Source: Candidatus Aenigmatarchaeota archaeon | Lineage (GTDB): Archaea > Aenigmatarchaeota > Aenigmatarchaeia > Aenigmatarchaeales > Aenigmatarchaeaceae | NCBI GenBank assembly: GCA_043802485.1 | Contig: JAZDKZ010000006.1 | Location: 71,497-135,496, forward strand | DNA: 64,000 nucleotides | Reading direction: 5' to 3' | Shown: positions 52,436-61,145 of the stretch, in pieces | How the letters are laid out: every line of letters starts with the position of its first letter | Numbering within the stretch: the first letter of the stretch is position 1 | Notes under the pieces: model-generated | The model's database searches: none | Told to the model about the DNA's origin: nothing | The model's input: the letters and a program-made list of their open reading frames with translations, nothing else | Translations under genes and position numbers: made by a program

Positions 52436-52993
52436 TTATATCTCCTCTTTCTGCGTTACCTGCTTTTCCTCTTCTGCTATGAAGGCGCGGCCGCCCTGCC
52501 ACTGACCCTTGTATGTGTTGGCCTTTCCGTCGACTCTGTGGAATACCATGCTGGCAATCCTTGCGCCCAACTCTATCTCGAAATTATTGCTAGACGTGTT
52601 GGTCATGATGAAGGAGAACTTGCCGCAGTAGCCTGGGTCAGTCTTTATGCCCTGGACGACTATGCCGCATTTGTACAGGGTTCCCCTTGGTATGAACCAG
52701 CCTACAAGGTCTTTGGGCGTGTTTATCTTCTCTATGGTAGTTGCAGAATAGGTCTTGCCTGGCTTTAATTTTATTTTTACAGGTCCGGTGTCAGCAAACT
52801 TTGCCAAAAGCTTGAAATTGGGTGATTTTCTCGTCTCGATATGGAGAAAGCCGTCTCCCTCCTCCATCTCATATATATCGCCTATCCTGATGTCAACGCC
52901 GCAGCCCTCAAAGTTCTGGTTTTCGGTGTCAAGACCCTCTATAAGATTTTTTTCTTTTATCAACTCAAGAACCTTGTCAATGCCAAGAATCAT
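52436..52993 (-). CDS. dcd: dCTP deaminase / dUTPase-fold enzyme
   Basis: 185 aa; GIVVQGIKTDPGYCGKFSFIMTNTS and ARIASMVFHRV patterns of the Dcd family. Confidence 0.8.
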   Translation of the reverse strand: MILGIDKVLELIKEKNLIEGLDTENQNFEGCGVDIRIGDIYEMEEGDGFLHIETRKSPNFKLLAKFADTGPVKIKLKPGKTYSATTIEKINTPKDLVGWFIPRGTLYKCGIVVQGIKTDPGYCGKFSFIMTNTSSNNFEIELGARIASMVFHRVDGKANTYKGQWQGGRAFIAEEEKQVTQKEEI

Positions 52994-53035
52994 AAAATAA
53001 CTTCCCTTTTTAAAAATTTAAAACTTAGTAAGAGC

Positions 53036-53539
53036 ATGAGAAAGACTTTCGGTCTGGTGAAGCCAGAGGTAATACTCAGAGCAGATGAGATTATCGATTA
53101 TATCCAAGAAAACGGCTTCTCTGTAATCAAGGAGAAGAAGCAGGTTTGGACAAGAGAACAAATAGCTACCACATATTCTCCAAAAAATCTTAAATATCCT
53201 GATCCCCAGAAACCAATCCATTCTGTTAATGTTAAGATGTCGGAATATATAGTGGAAAAAATCTACGAGAGATTCGGCACTCCGATTGTTGATGCCCTTT
53301 TGCTGACTTCCCAGGGCAATACAGTGCAAGACTTTGTGAGACTATGCGGTCCGACAAAGGCTATTGATTATGTAAAGAAAGAATTCGAAAACACCCTGAG
53401 GGGCAAGTTCGGCCTTCCGGTATCAGAGAGTTTAGTCACAGAAATCGATGGCTTTGTCTGCAGCTTTGACTTTAACGGGATTCATAAGACATCAAGAAAA
53501 AAAGAATTAAGAGATGCAAAGAAAAACTATTTGCTCTGA
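53036..53539 (+). CDS. divergent nucleoside diphosphate kinase-like protein
   Basis: 167 aa from internal ATG; RKTFGLVKPE, GFSVIKEK, TLRGKFG and NGIHKTS parallel NDK motifs (ERTFxxIKPD, GFxLVxxK, TIRGDF, NxxHGSD), but the HGSD is changed. Confidence 0.5.
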   Translation: MRKTFGLVKPEVILRADEIIDYIQENGFSVIKEKKQVWTREQIATTYSPKNLKYPDPQKPIHSVNVKMSEYIVEKIYERFGTPIVDALLLTSQGNTVQDFVRLCGPTKAIDYVKKEFENTLRGKFGLPVSESLVTEIDGFVCSFDFNGIHKTSRKKELRDAKKNYLL

Positions 53540-53703
53540 GGCTTTTTCTTGGTCACCCATTTGGTGTGCTTTGACTCTCTTCCAAGAAAGATCATATTCT
53601 TTTCGCATTTCTTTGAGCAGAAGTAGAACACTTTGCCGTCCGTCTTTACGTACATCTTACCGGTTCCCTGCTCTATGTTCTCTTTGCAAAAGTTGCATTT
53701 CAT
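53527..53703 (-). CDS. rpl24e: 50S ribosomal protein L24e
   Basis: 58-aa ORF below the track cutoff: [58 protein letters not shown] (C-x2-C...C-x3-C L24e zinc motif). Confidence 0.85.
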   Translation of the reverse strand: MKCNFCKENIEQGTGKMYVKTDGKVFYFCSKKCEKNMIFLGRESKHTKWVTKKKPQSK

Positions 53704-53918
53704 TATCTCACATCCAGTGTTCCAGATGATTCCATCTCTGTCTCCCTCAGCATCAGAACGTCGCCTAGTGCAACAGGTCCGACAACGTTCCTTACCAGAA
53801 CCTTGCCCCTATCCCTGCCGTCTATGACCTTGCATCTGACCTGAGAAACTCCCTTTATTCCTGACCTTCCTAGGAGCTGTACTACTTCTGCTGGAATTGC
53901 ATCAAGGGGTGCTGCCAT
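53703..53918 (-). CDS. rps28e: 30S ribosomal protein S28e
   Basis: [52 protein letters not shown]. Confidence 0.88.
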   Translation of the reverse strand: MAAPLDAIPAEVVQLLGRSGIKGVSQVRCKVIDGRDRGKVLVRNVVGPVALGDVLMLRETEMESSGTLDVR

Positions 53919-53922
53919 TCAA

Positions 53923-54237
53923 TCACTTTTTTGTCAATGCCTCTATGTCATTTTTGGCGTCCCCTGCCTCTGTCACTGCTATGGCGGCTGTCGAGACGTC
54001 TATGCCTGCTGCCCTTCCAAGTTCTAGCTTGTTCTTTACATGCAAGAACGGGATCTTTTTCTCGTTGCACAACGGCTCCAGGTGCATCACCACTTCCTTT
54101 GGTTGAACATCGTCAGCTATGACGATTAGTTTGGCAATGCCTCTTTCTATTGCCTTGGTTGCCTCGTTTGTGCCTATTCTTATCTTTCCCGTGTTTTTAG
54201 CTATTTCTACTGTATGTAGAACCTTGTTATCATCCAT
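53923..54237 (-). CDS. rpl7ae: 50S ribosomal protein L7Ae (kink-turn binding)
   Basis: KIRIGTNEATKAIERGIAKLIVIADDVQPKEVVMHLEPLCNEKKIPFLHV. Confidence 0.85.
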   Translation of the reverse strand: MDDNKVLHTVEIAKNTGKIRIGTNEATKAIERGIAKLIVIADDVQPKEVVMHLEPLCNEKKIPFLHVKNKLELGRAAGIDVSTAAIAVTEAGDAKNDIEALTKK

Positions 54238-54297
54238 ATCATCACCTCATTTCATTAGTTCATTTTTTAATATCATCTATTTGTAAAGTATTTAAAT

Positions 54298-55920
54298 TTA
54301 CTTGTGGGCAAAGTAGAACAAGCCCTTCTTTTCGCATCTGGCAAAGCCTATCCTTTCGAACTGGACTGTCTGGTCCGGCTTTACGTTTTTTATATCAGGC
54401 TCTGTCAGGCCTTCTACTTCCCTGCCGTCGGGCATTATCATTTTTATTTTAACATTCTTCGAGACCCAGTGGATCTTTGGAACGTCCTTTAGCTTGATGC
54501 TGGTCACCTTTGATTTCCTGTCAAGAACAATGTTGCAGAAGTGCATCAGCCTTATCTCCTGGCCTCTGTATTGGGCAAAGTCAAGCTTTTCGACAAATAT
54601 CTTTTTAGAAACAGGGATTATCCTCTGTTTTTTCTTGCCAGGCATCAACGGCGCCTTTACTGTTTTCTTGGATACCTTGTCCAGCTTTATTTCAACTGGC
54701 TCGCCGACAAAGAAATACCTGTTCGATACAGAGTCTATTATCTGCCTGTTGTACTTTTCAAGCTTGTCAAAGCTGATGTCAACATCGTTCTTGCTCGGTC
54801 CTATCTCCTCTATCAGCCTTTTGATTGTGTCCGGTCTGAAGCCTTTCTTGAGAAGGTTCCTTGGCGTTGGAATCCTTATGTCCTCGAAACCGCTCAGCTT
54901 CCCTTCCTTTATCATCTCTATCAACTTTCTCTTTTTCATGGGGATTCCTGCCACTGTCTTCAGCCTTCCGAACTGGATTGTAACAGGAACTTTCCAGCCG
55001 AAAATATTATAGATAAATTCCTGTACCTTTGCATCATTCTCAAAGCCCTTGTCCCTCATGACGTGAGTTATCTTCAATAGACGGTCCATCACAGTGCAGG
55101 CAAAATTATACATCGGATAAACCCTGTACTTTTTCCCTTTCAGAGGATGTTCGGAATCTATGATCCTTAGCATGCTTGGTTCCCTCATCGCAGGATTGAT
55201 GTGAGCAGGGTCTGTCTTCAGCCTGACAATCATCGAGCCTTGTTCCGCGTTCTTCAGCATCTTCTTCCAGAGTTTAAGATTATCCTTCTTGCTCCTGTTC
55301 CTGCAGTCGCATACCGAAGCGCTAGCTCTCATTTCCTTTATCTTGAACTGCGGGCATGTGCAAACATAGAAGAATTCCTTTTCAAAAAGCTCTTCAGCGT
55401 ACTTGTAGAATGTTTCCATATAGTCTGATTCCATCACTTCCTTGTTGAACTTTAATCCGAACATCTTCAGGTCGTCCCTTATAGCATCATAATATTCTTT
55501 CTTTTCCTTCCAAGGATTGGTGTCATCAAACCTTAGAAACGCCTTGCCCTTGTATTTTTTAGCGTAGAGATAACTAAGAAAAGCAGATTTCAAGTGACCG
55601 AGGTGCAGATAACCATTGGGCTCAGGAGCGAATCTTGTTACAACTTTTCCTATTTCAGCTTCTTGTAGTTCAGGCAAGCCCTCTCTCTCTACTTTTTTCG
55701 GTTTCTCAATCTTGCCGAACTTTGCCAGCTCCTTTTCCTGCTTTTCCAATGACCATGAGTTTATCTCCTTCACAACCATTCCCACAGTCTTTCCGAGTTT
55801 TGCCATGTCTTTTTTCAGCTCTGGCTTCTCTGCCAGAACCTTGCCCAGAACCGCCTGCGCATTGGCCTTGCCGTTATATTCTTTGGCATTAAGCAGGGCG
55901 TGCTTTTTGATTATGTCCAT
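54298..55920 (-). CDS. gltX: glutamyl-tRNA synthetase (archaeal type)
   Basis: class I HIGH motif RFAPEPNGYLHLGH; 540 aa, archaeal-type N-terminal helical domain. Confidence 0.9.
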   Translation of the reverse strand: MDIIKKHALLNAKEYNGKANAQAVLGKVLAEKPELKKDMAKLGKTVGMVVKEINSWSLEKQEKELAKFGKIEKPKKVEREGLPELQEAEIGKVVTRFAPEPNGYLHLGHLKSAFLSYLYAKKYKGKAFLRFDDTNPWKEKKEYYDAIRDDLKMFGLKFNKEVMESDYMETFYKYAEELFEKEFFYVCTCPQFKIKEMRASASVCDCRNRSKKDNLKLWKKMLKNAEQGSMIVRLKTDPAHINPAMREPSMLRIIDSEHPLKGKKYRVYPMYNFACTVMDRLLKITHVMRDKGFENDAKVQEFIYNIFGWKVPVTIQFGRLKTVAGIPMKKRKLIEMIKEGKLSGFEDIRIPTPRNLLKKGFRPDTIKRLIEEIGPSKNDVDISFDKLEKYNRQIIDSVSNRYFFVGEPVEIKLDKVSKKTVKAPLMPGKKKQRIIPVSKKIFVEKLDFAQYRGQEIRLMHFCNIVLDRKSKVTSIKLKDVPKIHWVSKNVKIKMIMPDGREVEGLTEPDIKNVKPDQTVQFERIGFARCEKKGLFYFAHK

Positions 55921-55942
55921 AGCCTATAATTAGAAAAAGAGT

Positions 55943-56797
55943 TTAATAAATTGCTACTCCTGCATAACCTACAACAGCGTCCAAGCTGCCCGAAACCTCG
56001 AAGCTGGTGGAGTAGTCTACCAGCTCTCCCTTGATTGCCCCCAGCTCCTTGGCAGCGAAAATCATAGACGCTATTGCTCCGTAGCCGCAGACAGTCAGCC
56101 TGTCCTTCTCACACGTTTTTATTACCTGCTTATGGTCGAGCCTTTCTATCGAATCGATGACATCCATGTCTGTAGCTTTTATTCTTTTGATGACCTCTTT
56201 CGGCTCTCCTCTGAAAGGGACGTGCCCGTAGACAATTCCATAATGTGTGAGGTCGCTGCTTGCTATCACTAATACCTTTCTTCCAAGCTTCTTTGCGGCT
56301 TGGGCTATCTTGCTGCCCACCTCTTCCGAGGTTTTTGTATTGAAATAAGAATGGTTTATCAGGATGGGCGCTAACTTGAAATTTCGGAACAGATACTGCA
56401 GCCAGGGCAGCTGCACCTCTATCGAATGTTCTGTTGCGTGTGGGACCCTGTCATCTACAATAACAGAGTCTTTGACTAATTCATTGACAAAGTCGTTATC
56501 AGAATCTACCAGACCGAGAGGAGTCTTCCATGAGCCTGTGCATGTCGCCACTCCTGCACCGATTCCGCTGTGGTTTGAACCGAGAATGACGGCCGTGTCG
56601 AACTTGTTCGCGACTGTCCTGTATATCGAGGCAAAGGTCTTGCCGCAATAGGCATAGCCTGCGTGCGGAGCCAAAAGGCCTATGACTTCCCCGTTCTTGA
56701 CATTCACTCTTTCAAGAAAATTCTTTATCATATTCCTTAATTCGTCTGGGTTGTGAGGATAGAATGCTCCTGCAACGGCTGCCTTTCTTGTATGCAT
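55943..56797 (-). CDS. MEMO1-family protein (AmmeMemoRadiSam system protein B)
   Basis: R.AAVAGAFYP...ELRNMI and APHAGYAYCG motifs. Confidence 0.85.
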   Translation of the reverse strand: MHTRKAAVAGAFYPHNPDELRNMIKNFLERVNVKNGEVIGLLAPHAGYAYCGKTFASIYRTVANKFDTAVILGSNHSGIGAGVATCTGSWKTPLGLVDSDNDFVNELVKDSVIVDDRVPHATEHSIEVQLPWLQYLFRNFKLAPILINHSYFNTKTSEEVGSKIAQAAKKLGRKVLVIASSDLTHYGIVYGHVPFRGEPKEVIKRIKATDMDVIDSIERLDHKQVIKTCEKDRLTVCGYGAIASMIFAAKELGAIKGELVDYSTSFEVSGSLDAVVGYAGVAIY

Positions 56798-56833
56798 ATA
56801 AGAAATAATTGTTTCTTTGTTCTATAAAATTAA

Positions 56834-57439
56834 TTACTCTTCCTGTCGCCTGCGCCTTTCCTCTGTCTCAAAGTCCTCAGGCTTGTGCGCGAATTCCTCG
56901 TCTTCCTTTATCTTGCCCCTGTTCTTCTCGATCTCCATTGCCAGAAGGTAATACACCATTGCTATGGATTTTCTTCCCTTGTTGTTGACAGGAATCACAA
57001 AGTCGATAGACTGGGTCTCGTTAGAAGTGTCAGACAAAGCCACGATAGGTATCCTCATCTTGGCAGCTTCCTTCACTGCCTGCGAATCTATCAATGGATC
57101 TGTTACCAGCAGCACATCCGGCTCATAGTAACCTGGGAAAGCCGGGTTGGTTATTGTTCCAGGTAGGAACCTTCCTGTCATTTCCTTTGCCCCGACCACC
57201 TCTGCGAACTTTATTGCTGGCTTCCACCCCACGAACTTTCTGGAAACTACCATTATCCTTTCAAATCTTGCCAAGAACTGCGCTGCCAACTTTATCCTCT
57301 TCTCTATGGTCTTCAGGTCCAGCACTGCAAGACCGTCGTCTCTCAGCTTGTAGACGAATCTTTCCATGTCCTTTGTCTGCTGCTTCATGCCGATGTGCAT
57401 GCCAGCTGATAGGTATTGTTCGTAAGGCATAGCAATCAT
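56834..57439 (-). CDS. rps2: 30S ribosomal protein S2 (uS2)
   Basis: YLSAGMHIGMKQQTKDMERFVY..R.DGLAVLDL and LLVTDPLIDSQAVKEA motifs. Confidence 0.92.
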   Translation of the reverse strand: MIAMPYEQYLSAGMHIGMKQQTKDMERFVYKLRDDGLAVLDLKTIEKRIKLAAQFLARFERIMVVSRKFVGWKPAIKFAEVVGAKEMTGRFLPGTITNPAFPGYYEPDVLLVTDPLIDSQAVKEAAKMRIPIVALSDTSNETQSIDFVIPVNNKGRKSIAMVYYLLAMEIEKNRGKIKEDEEFAHKPEDFETEERRRRQEE

Positions 57440-57634
57440 TTTGCTTGGACTTATTTAAATCTTTTTATTTTGCTAAAAAATCTTAAATACCTTCATGTTA
57501 GAATAGACCTTGATAAGACTGAGATAATAGATGTTTCAGATTTGTTGTTGGAAACCCTTAGAAATTATTAGTTAATGACATACCATTATAAAAACCTTTA
57601 AATATATAACAGTGTTATATTTTCTAGTGGTTGA

Positions 57635-58789
57635 ATGAAAAGAATCTACATGGATTATGCTGCCACAACTCCTGTCGATCCTAGGGTTGTGAAGGAGATG
57701 GAGCCCTTCTTTAATGAAAAGTTCGGCAACACTATGTCTATTCACTCTGCTGGCAGGGCTGCCAAAGGAGCAGTGGACTACGCAAGGGAAAGGGTTGCCA
57801 GCCTTATGAAGGCTGGCCCTAAGAGATTGATATTCACTGGCAGCGCCACTGAATCCAATAATATGGTTTTGAAAGGCATTGCCTCTGCCAACAAGGACAA
57901 GGGAAAGCATATCATCACTTCAAAGATAGAGCATGACTGCGTTCTCAACTCTGCCCGCTGGTTGGAGAAGCAGGGCTTTAAGGTTACATACCTGCCGGTT
58001 GACGAATACGGCCTGGTTGATCCGAAGGAAGTCGAGAAGGCCATTACCAAGGAAACAATTCTGGTCTCGATAATGCATGCCAACAACGAAATCGGGACAA
58101 TAGAGCCGATAGAGGAGATAGGCAAGGTATGCAGGAAGAAAGGCGTTTATTTTCATACCGACGCTGCCCAGAGCTTTGGTAAGATTCCTATTGATGTTAA
58201 CAAGATGAATCTTGACCTGGTGACGGTCAACGCCCACAAGATGTACGGCCCGCAGGGCGTTGGTGCCCTGTACATAAGGGAAGGAGTCAAAATCGATCCC
58301 TTGCTGCACGGAGGCGGCCATGAGTTTGGCTTTAGGTCTTCAACTTCGAATGTTCCGGGTATTGTTGGCTTTGGTAAGGCTGCTGAACTGAGGAAGAAGG
58401 AGATGGATGCCGAGGCAAAGAAGCTGACAAAGTTGAGGGACAGACTGATAAAGGGTGTTCTTGAAATAGATGATGCCCATCTGAACGGCCATCCTACCAA
58501 AAGGCTGCCGAACAACACTAACTTCTGGTTCGCTTTCATCGAGGGCGAGTCCCTGGTCCTTCACCTGGACATGAAGGGGGTTGATGCTTCCACAGGTTCT
58601 GCCTGCTCCACATCGTCTTTGGAGCCTTCCCATGTGCTTAGGGCTATCGGCCTGAAGCACGAGCAGGCCCACGGCTCACTGAGATTGTCATTGGGAAAAG
58701 ACACAGAGGAAAAGGATATCGACTATGTCCTGAAGGTTCTGCCGGGGATAGTTAAAAATTTAAGAATGATAAGCCCATTTAAGAATTGA
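57635..58789 (+). CDS. cysteine desulfurase (NifS/IscS class)
   Basis: IYMDYAATTP, PLP-lysine region TVNAHKMYGPQGVGALY, active-site loop STGSACS. Confidence 0.92.
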   Translation: MKRIYMDYAATTPVDPRVVKEMEPFFNEKFGNTMSIHSAGRAAKGAVDYARERVASLMKAGPKRLIFTGSATESNNMVLKGIASANKDKGKHIITSKIEHDCVLNSARWLEKQGFKVTYLPVDEYGLVDPKEVEKAITKETILVSIMHANNEIGTIEPIEEIGKVCRKKGVYFHTDAAQSFGKIPIDVNKMNLDLVTVNAHKMYGPQGVGALYIREGVKIDPLLHGGGHEFGFRSSTSNVPGIVGFGKAAELRKKEMDAEAKKLTKLRDRLIKGVLEIDDAHLNGHPTKRLPNNTNFWFAFIEGESLVLHLDMKGVDASTGSACSTSSLEPSHVLRAIGLKHEQAHGSLRLSLGKDTEEKDIDYVLKVLPGIVKNLRMISPFKN

Positions 58790-59157
58790 TTGTTATGGTT
58801 TTGTTTTGCATACCCTGTCTGGTATTGTTGGCATACTTTGGTGTAATGAGCATCTTCTTTCCCAAGTATAGGAGTTACATAAAGGACGGTTGGAGATGCT
58901 TTGTCGACAAGCTCAAGAGAAAGGAATGCTCTGCTTCTTTCGACAACAGGATGAGGCTGGCTGTGTCGATGTGGTTTACCGAGAGGAAGATGTCGAGGAT
59001 AGGCAAGTTCCTGCACAACAAGAGGAACTTTGAGGTGACCTTGATTGTGATAGGGATTGTGACGACCATAGTGTCAATCTACTTGTTCGTCCTGTTGATA
59101 TTTTACCTGATAGAATCGCCCTGTGCGGATGATGTGTGCGCTATAGAGGTAGGTTAA
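58786..59157 (+). CDS. hypothetical membrane protein with Cys pairs
   Basis: 123 aa, N- and C-terminal TM helices, CIPC and C-x4-C (CADDVC); 4-nt overlap with the desulfurase stop. Confidence 0.4.
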   Translation: MIVMVLFCIPCLVLLAYFGVMSIFFPKYRSYIKDGWRCFVDKLKRKECSASFDNRMRLAVSMWFTERKMSRIGKFLHNKRNFEVTLIVIGIVTTIVSIYLFVLLIFYLIESPCADDVCAIEVG

Positions 59158-59161
59158 TTAG

Positions 59162-59389
59162 ATGAAGATTATAGCTAGTGCCTGTCTTGCCGGATTCAAC
59201 TGTAAGATTGCGAGAATGTATGGTTGTGAAGAAGCCATCCTCAAAGAGGGAAGCCCATCTTGTGGCTGTAAAAGAACTTTCTACATTAATGAAAATCTAG
59301 AAAATAAGAAAGTAGGAGGCATGGATATTACAACGGCTTTGTTGATAAAAAACGGCATTAAGGTTTATACGGAGGAAGAATTAGAGTGA
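59162..59389 (+). CDS. internally deleted DUF523/TudS-like protein (mini version or pseudogene)
   Basis: 75 aa: N-terminal IIASACLAGFNCK joined directly to C-terminal AILKEGSPSCG...GMDITTALLIKNGIKVYTEEEL; the central ~70 aa of the family are absent. Confidence 0.5.
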   Translation: MKIIASACLAGFNCKIARMYGCEEAILKEGSPSCGCKRTFYINENLENKKVGGMDITTALLIKNGIKVYTEEELE

Positions 59390-59393
59390 TATT

Positions 59394-59885
59394 ATGACTA
59401 GTCCATACTCGAATGAAATAATGGAGCATTTCAAGAACCCGAAGAACATTGGCAGAATCAAGGACGCGGACGGCATAGGCAAGGTGGGCAACCTTGTCTG
59501 CGGCGATGTGATGATGTTCTACATCGCCGTCAAGAGTAACAAGATTTCTGACATAAAGTTCCAGACGTTTGGTTGTGTTGTTGCCATAGCCGTAAGTAGC
59601 ATGTTGACCGAAATGGTAAAGGGCAAGAGCCTTGACTTTGCCATAAAAACAACGAACAATGATATCCTCAAGAAATCCGGTAAGGTCCCTACCATAAAAG
59701 CGCACTGCTCTGTGCTGGCCGCGGACGCTCTGCACGAGGCTATTTACGATTACATGACAAAGAACAAGATGAAGATACCCAAGGAGCTTGAGAAGGAGCA
59801 CAAGAGGATAAAGGGAAACCTGGAAAAGGTAGAAAAGAAGCACAAGACAACAAAGCTGGAAGAAGAGATTTTGAACAATTTCTAG
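59394..59885 (+). CDS. iscU: Fe-S cluster scaffold IscU/NifU-like
   Basis: NPKNIG, LVCGDVMMFYI, FQTFGCVVAIA and HCSVLAADAL (three conserved Cys). Confidence 0.9.
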   Translation: MTSPYSNEIMEHFKNPKNIGRIKDADGIGKVGNLVCGDVMMFYIAVKSNKISDIKFQTFGCVVAIAVSSMLTEMVKGKSLDFAIKTTNNDILKKSGKVPTIKAHCSVLAADALHEAIYDYMTKNKMKIPKELEKEHKRIKGNLEKVEKKHKTTKLEEEILNNF

Positions 59886-59923
59886 ATAAATAAATTTATA
59901 AATTGCAAAGTGGTAGATTATTC

Positions 59924-60136
59924 ATGCCAAAGATAATTCAAGAAAAGGAAAAATGCATTGGTTGCGGAGCGTGCGCAGCAGTTTGCCCAGACTTTTGGGA
60001 CATGGGCGACGACGGCAAGTCAGTCCTAAAGGGCGGCAAGAAGGTCGGCAAGAACTTTGAGCTGACAGTCAAGGACGTAGGTTGCAACGAGGACGCTGCG
60101 AACACCTGCCCGGTCCAGTGCATAAAAATAAAGTGA
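59924..60136 (+). CDS. small [4Fe-4S]/[3Fe-4S] ferredoxin
   Basis: CIGCGACAAVCP ... CPVQC cluster motifs; start moved to the first ATG. Confidence 0.8.
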   Translation: MPKIIQEKEKCIGCGACAAVCPDFWDMGDDGKSVLKGGKKVGKNFELTVKDVGCNEDAANTCPVQCIKIK

Positions 60137-60141
60137 TTCGG

Positions 60142-60348
60142 ATGGGAAAGATAACAAAGAAGATGGTTTTGAGAGATGTTATAGAAGATCATCCCGAAGC
60201 AGTAGATGTGCTTTTAGGGAGCGGTCTTCACTGCGCGATGTGCCACATGGCTTCCCATGAAACAATAGAACAGGCAGCTGAGGCGCACGGCGTAAAGTTG
60301 GAAGCGCTGCTAGCAAAGCTTAACAAGGCTGCCGCAAAGAAGAAATAA
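60142..60348 (+). CDS. DUF1858-type small protein (hybrid-cluster-protein-associated redox disulfide domain-like)
   Basis: 68 aa; MVLRDVIEDHPEAVDVLLGSGLHCAMCHMASHETIEQAAEAHG. Confidence 0.6.
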   Translation: MGKITKKMVLRDVIEDHPEAVDVLLGSGLHCAMCHMASHETIEQAAEAHGVKLEALLAKLNKAAAKKK

Positions 60349-60395
60349 ACCTTTTTTCTTATATTTATTTAAACTGTGATAGAAGAATTTCTATA

Positions 60396-60902
60396 ATGAG
60401 AAACAGGATAGTGGGGGTTCTTGTAATTGCCATTGCAATACTTTTAGGCTTCATGATATTCTCTTTCAACACGGCACTGAATGACATAGTGAACGCGTCG
60501 TGTTCTCATGGCGATTCTTGCCCGATGTGGGGAACCATCAACTTTCACACTAATGTCAGTATAGGCATAATGGGTTTTGTTTTGATCCTTGGCTTGTATC
60601 TGATATTCTTCTCAAAGGAGGAAAGGATAATAACAAGGATCAGGAAGATAAAGCCGCAGGTCGAGTCCAAGAAGCTTACAAAGCAGAATTATAGAAAGAT
60701 AATGAACGAGCTTGGTAAGGACGAGAAGTTGGTTCTCAAGAAAGTAATAGAGTCTGACGGGTCGGTACTACAATCAAAACTAGTGGAGACAACAAACCTG
60801 AACAAGGTCAGAGTAACAAGAACATTAGACAGGCTGGAAGGCAAAGGGTTGATAGAAAGAAATAGGCGCGGCATGAGAAACGTCATCATCCTAAAGCGTT
60901 GA
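60396..60902 (+). CDS. membrane-tethered winged-helix regulator with a Cys/Met/His loop between two TM helices
   Basis: TM1 - loop ASCSHGDSCPMWG - TM2 - MarR-like wHTH (LQSKLVETTNLNKVRVTRTLDRLEGKGLIER). Confidence 0.6.
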   Translation: MRNRIVGVLVIAIAILLGFMIFSFNTALNDIVNASCSHGDSCPMWGTINFHTNVSIGIMGFVLILGLYLIFFSKEERIITRIRKIKPQVESKKLTKQNYRKIMNELGKDEKLVLKKVIESDGSVLQSKLVETTNLNKVRVTRTLDRLEGKGLIERNRRGMRNVIILKR

Positions 60903-60950
60903 AACTAGTTTCACAACTTGTATTATATGCTGTTTCCAAGTACATTTCTT

Positions 60951-61145
60951 ATGAAAAATCAAAAATGTCCGTTATGTCTTATGACAATCAAGAGCGATGC
61001 AATGTTAGAAAAGTATTGCAAGCTTTGTGGTATGGGTATAGAAAAAGACAGCAAAATTTTTTGCTGCAACAAGTGTTTGAAAAAGTTCAAAAAGAATTTA
61101 AAAACCAAAAAAATCAGAGGTGAAAAGAATGAAGGAAACAATTAG
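60951..61145 (+). CDS. small Cys-rich (TRASH/zinc-ribbon-like) protein
   Basis: 64 aa from internal ATG: CPLC...CKLCGMGIEKDSKIFCCNKC followed by a K-rich tail. Confidence 0.45.
   Translation: MKNQKCPLCLMTIKSDAMLEKYCKLCGMGIEKDSKIFCCNKCLKKFKKNLKTKKIRGEKNEGNN

Noticed and set aside
60899-61123. 74-aa ORF overlapping the TRASH-like ORF in another frame
   Set aside because: The competing frame (60951..61145) carries the ordered Cys motifs, and this frame has none. It was kept out of the feature list.
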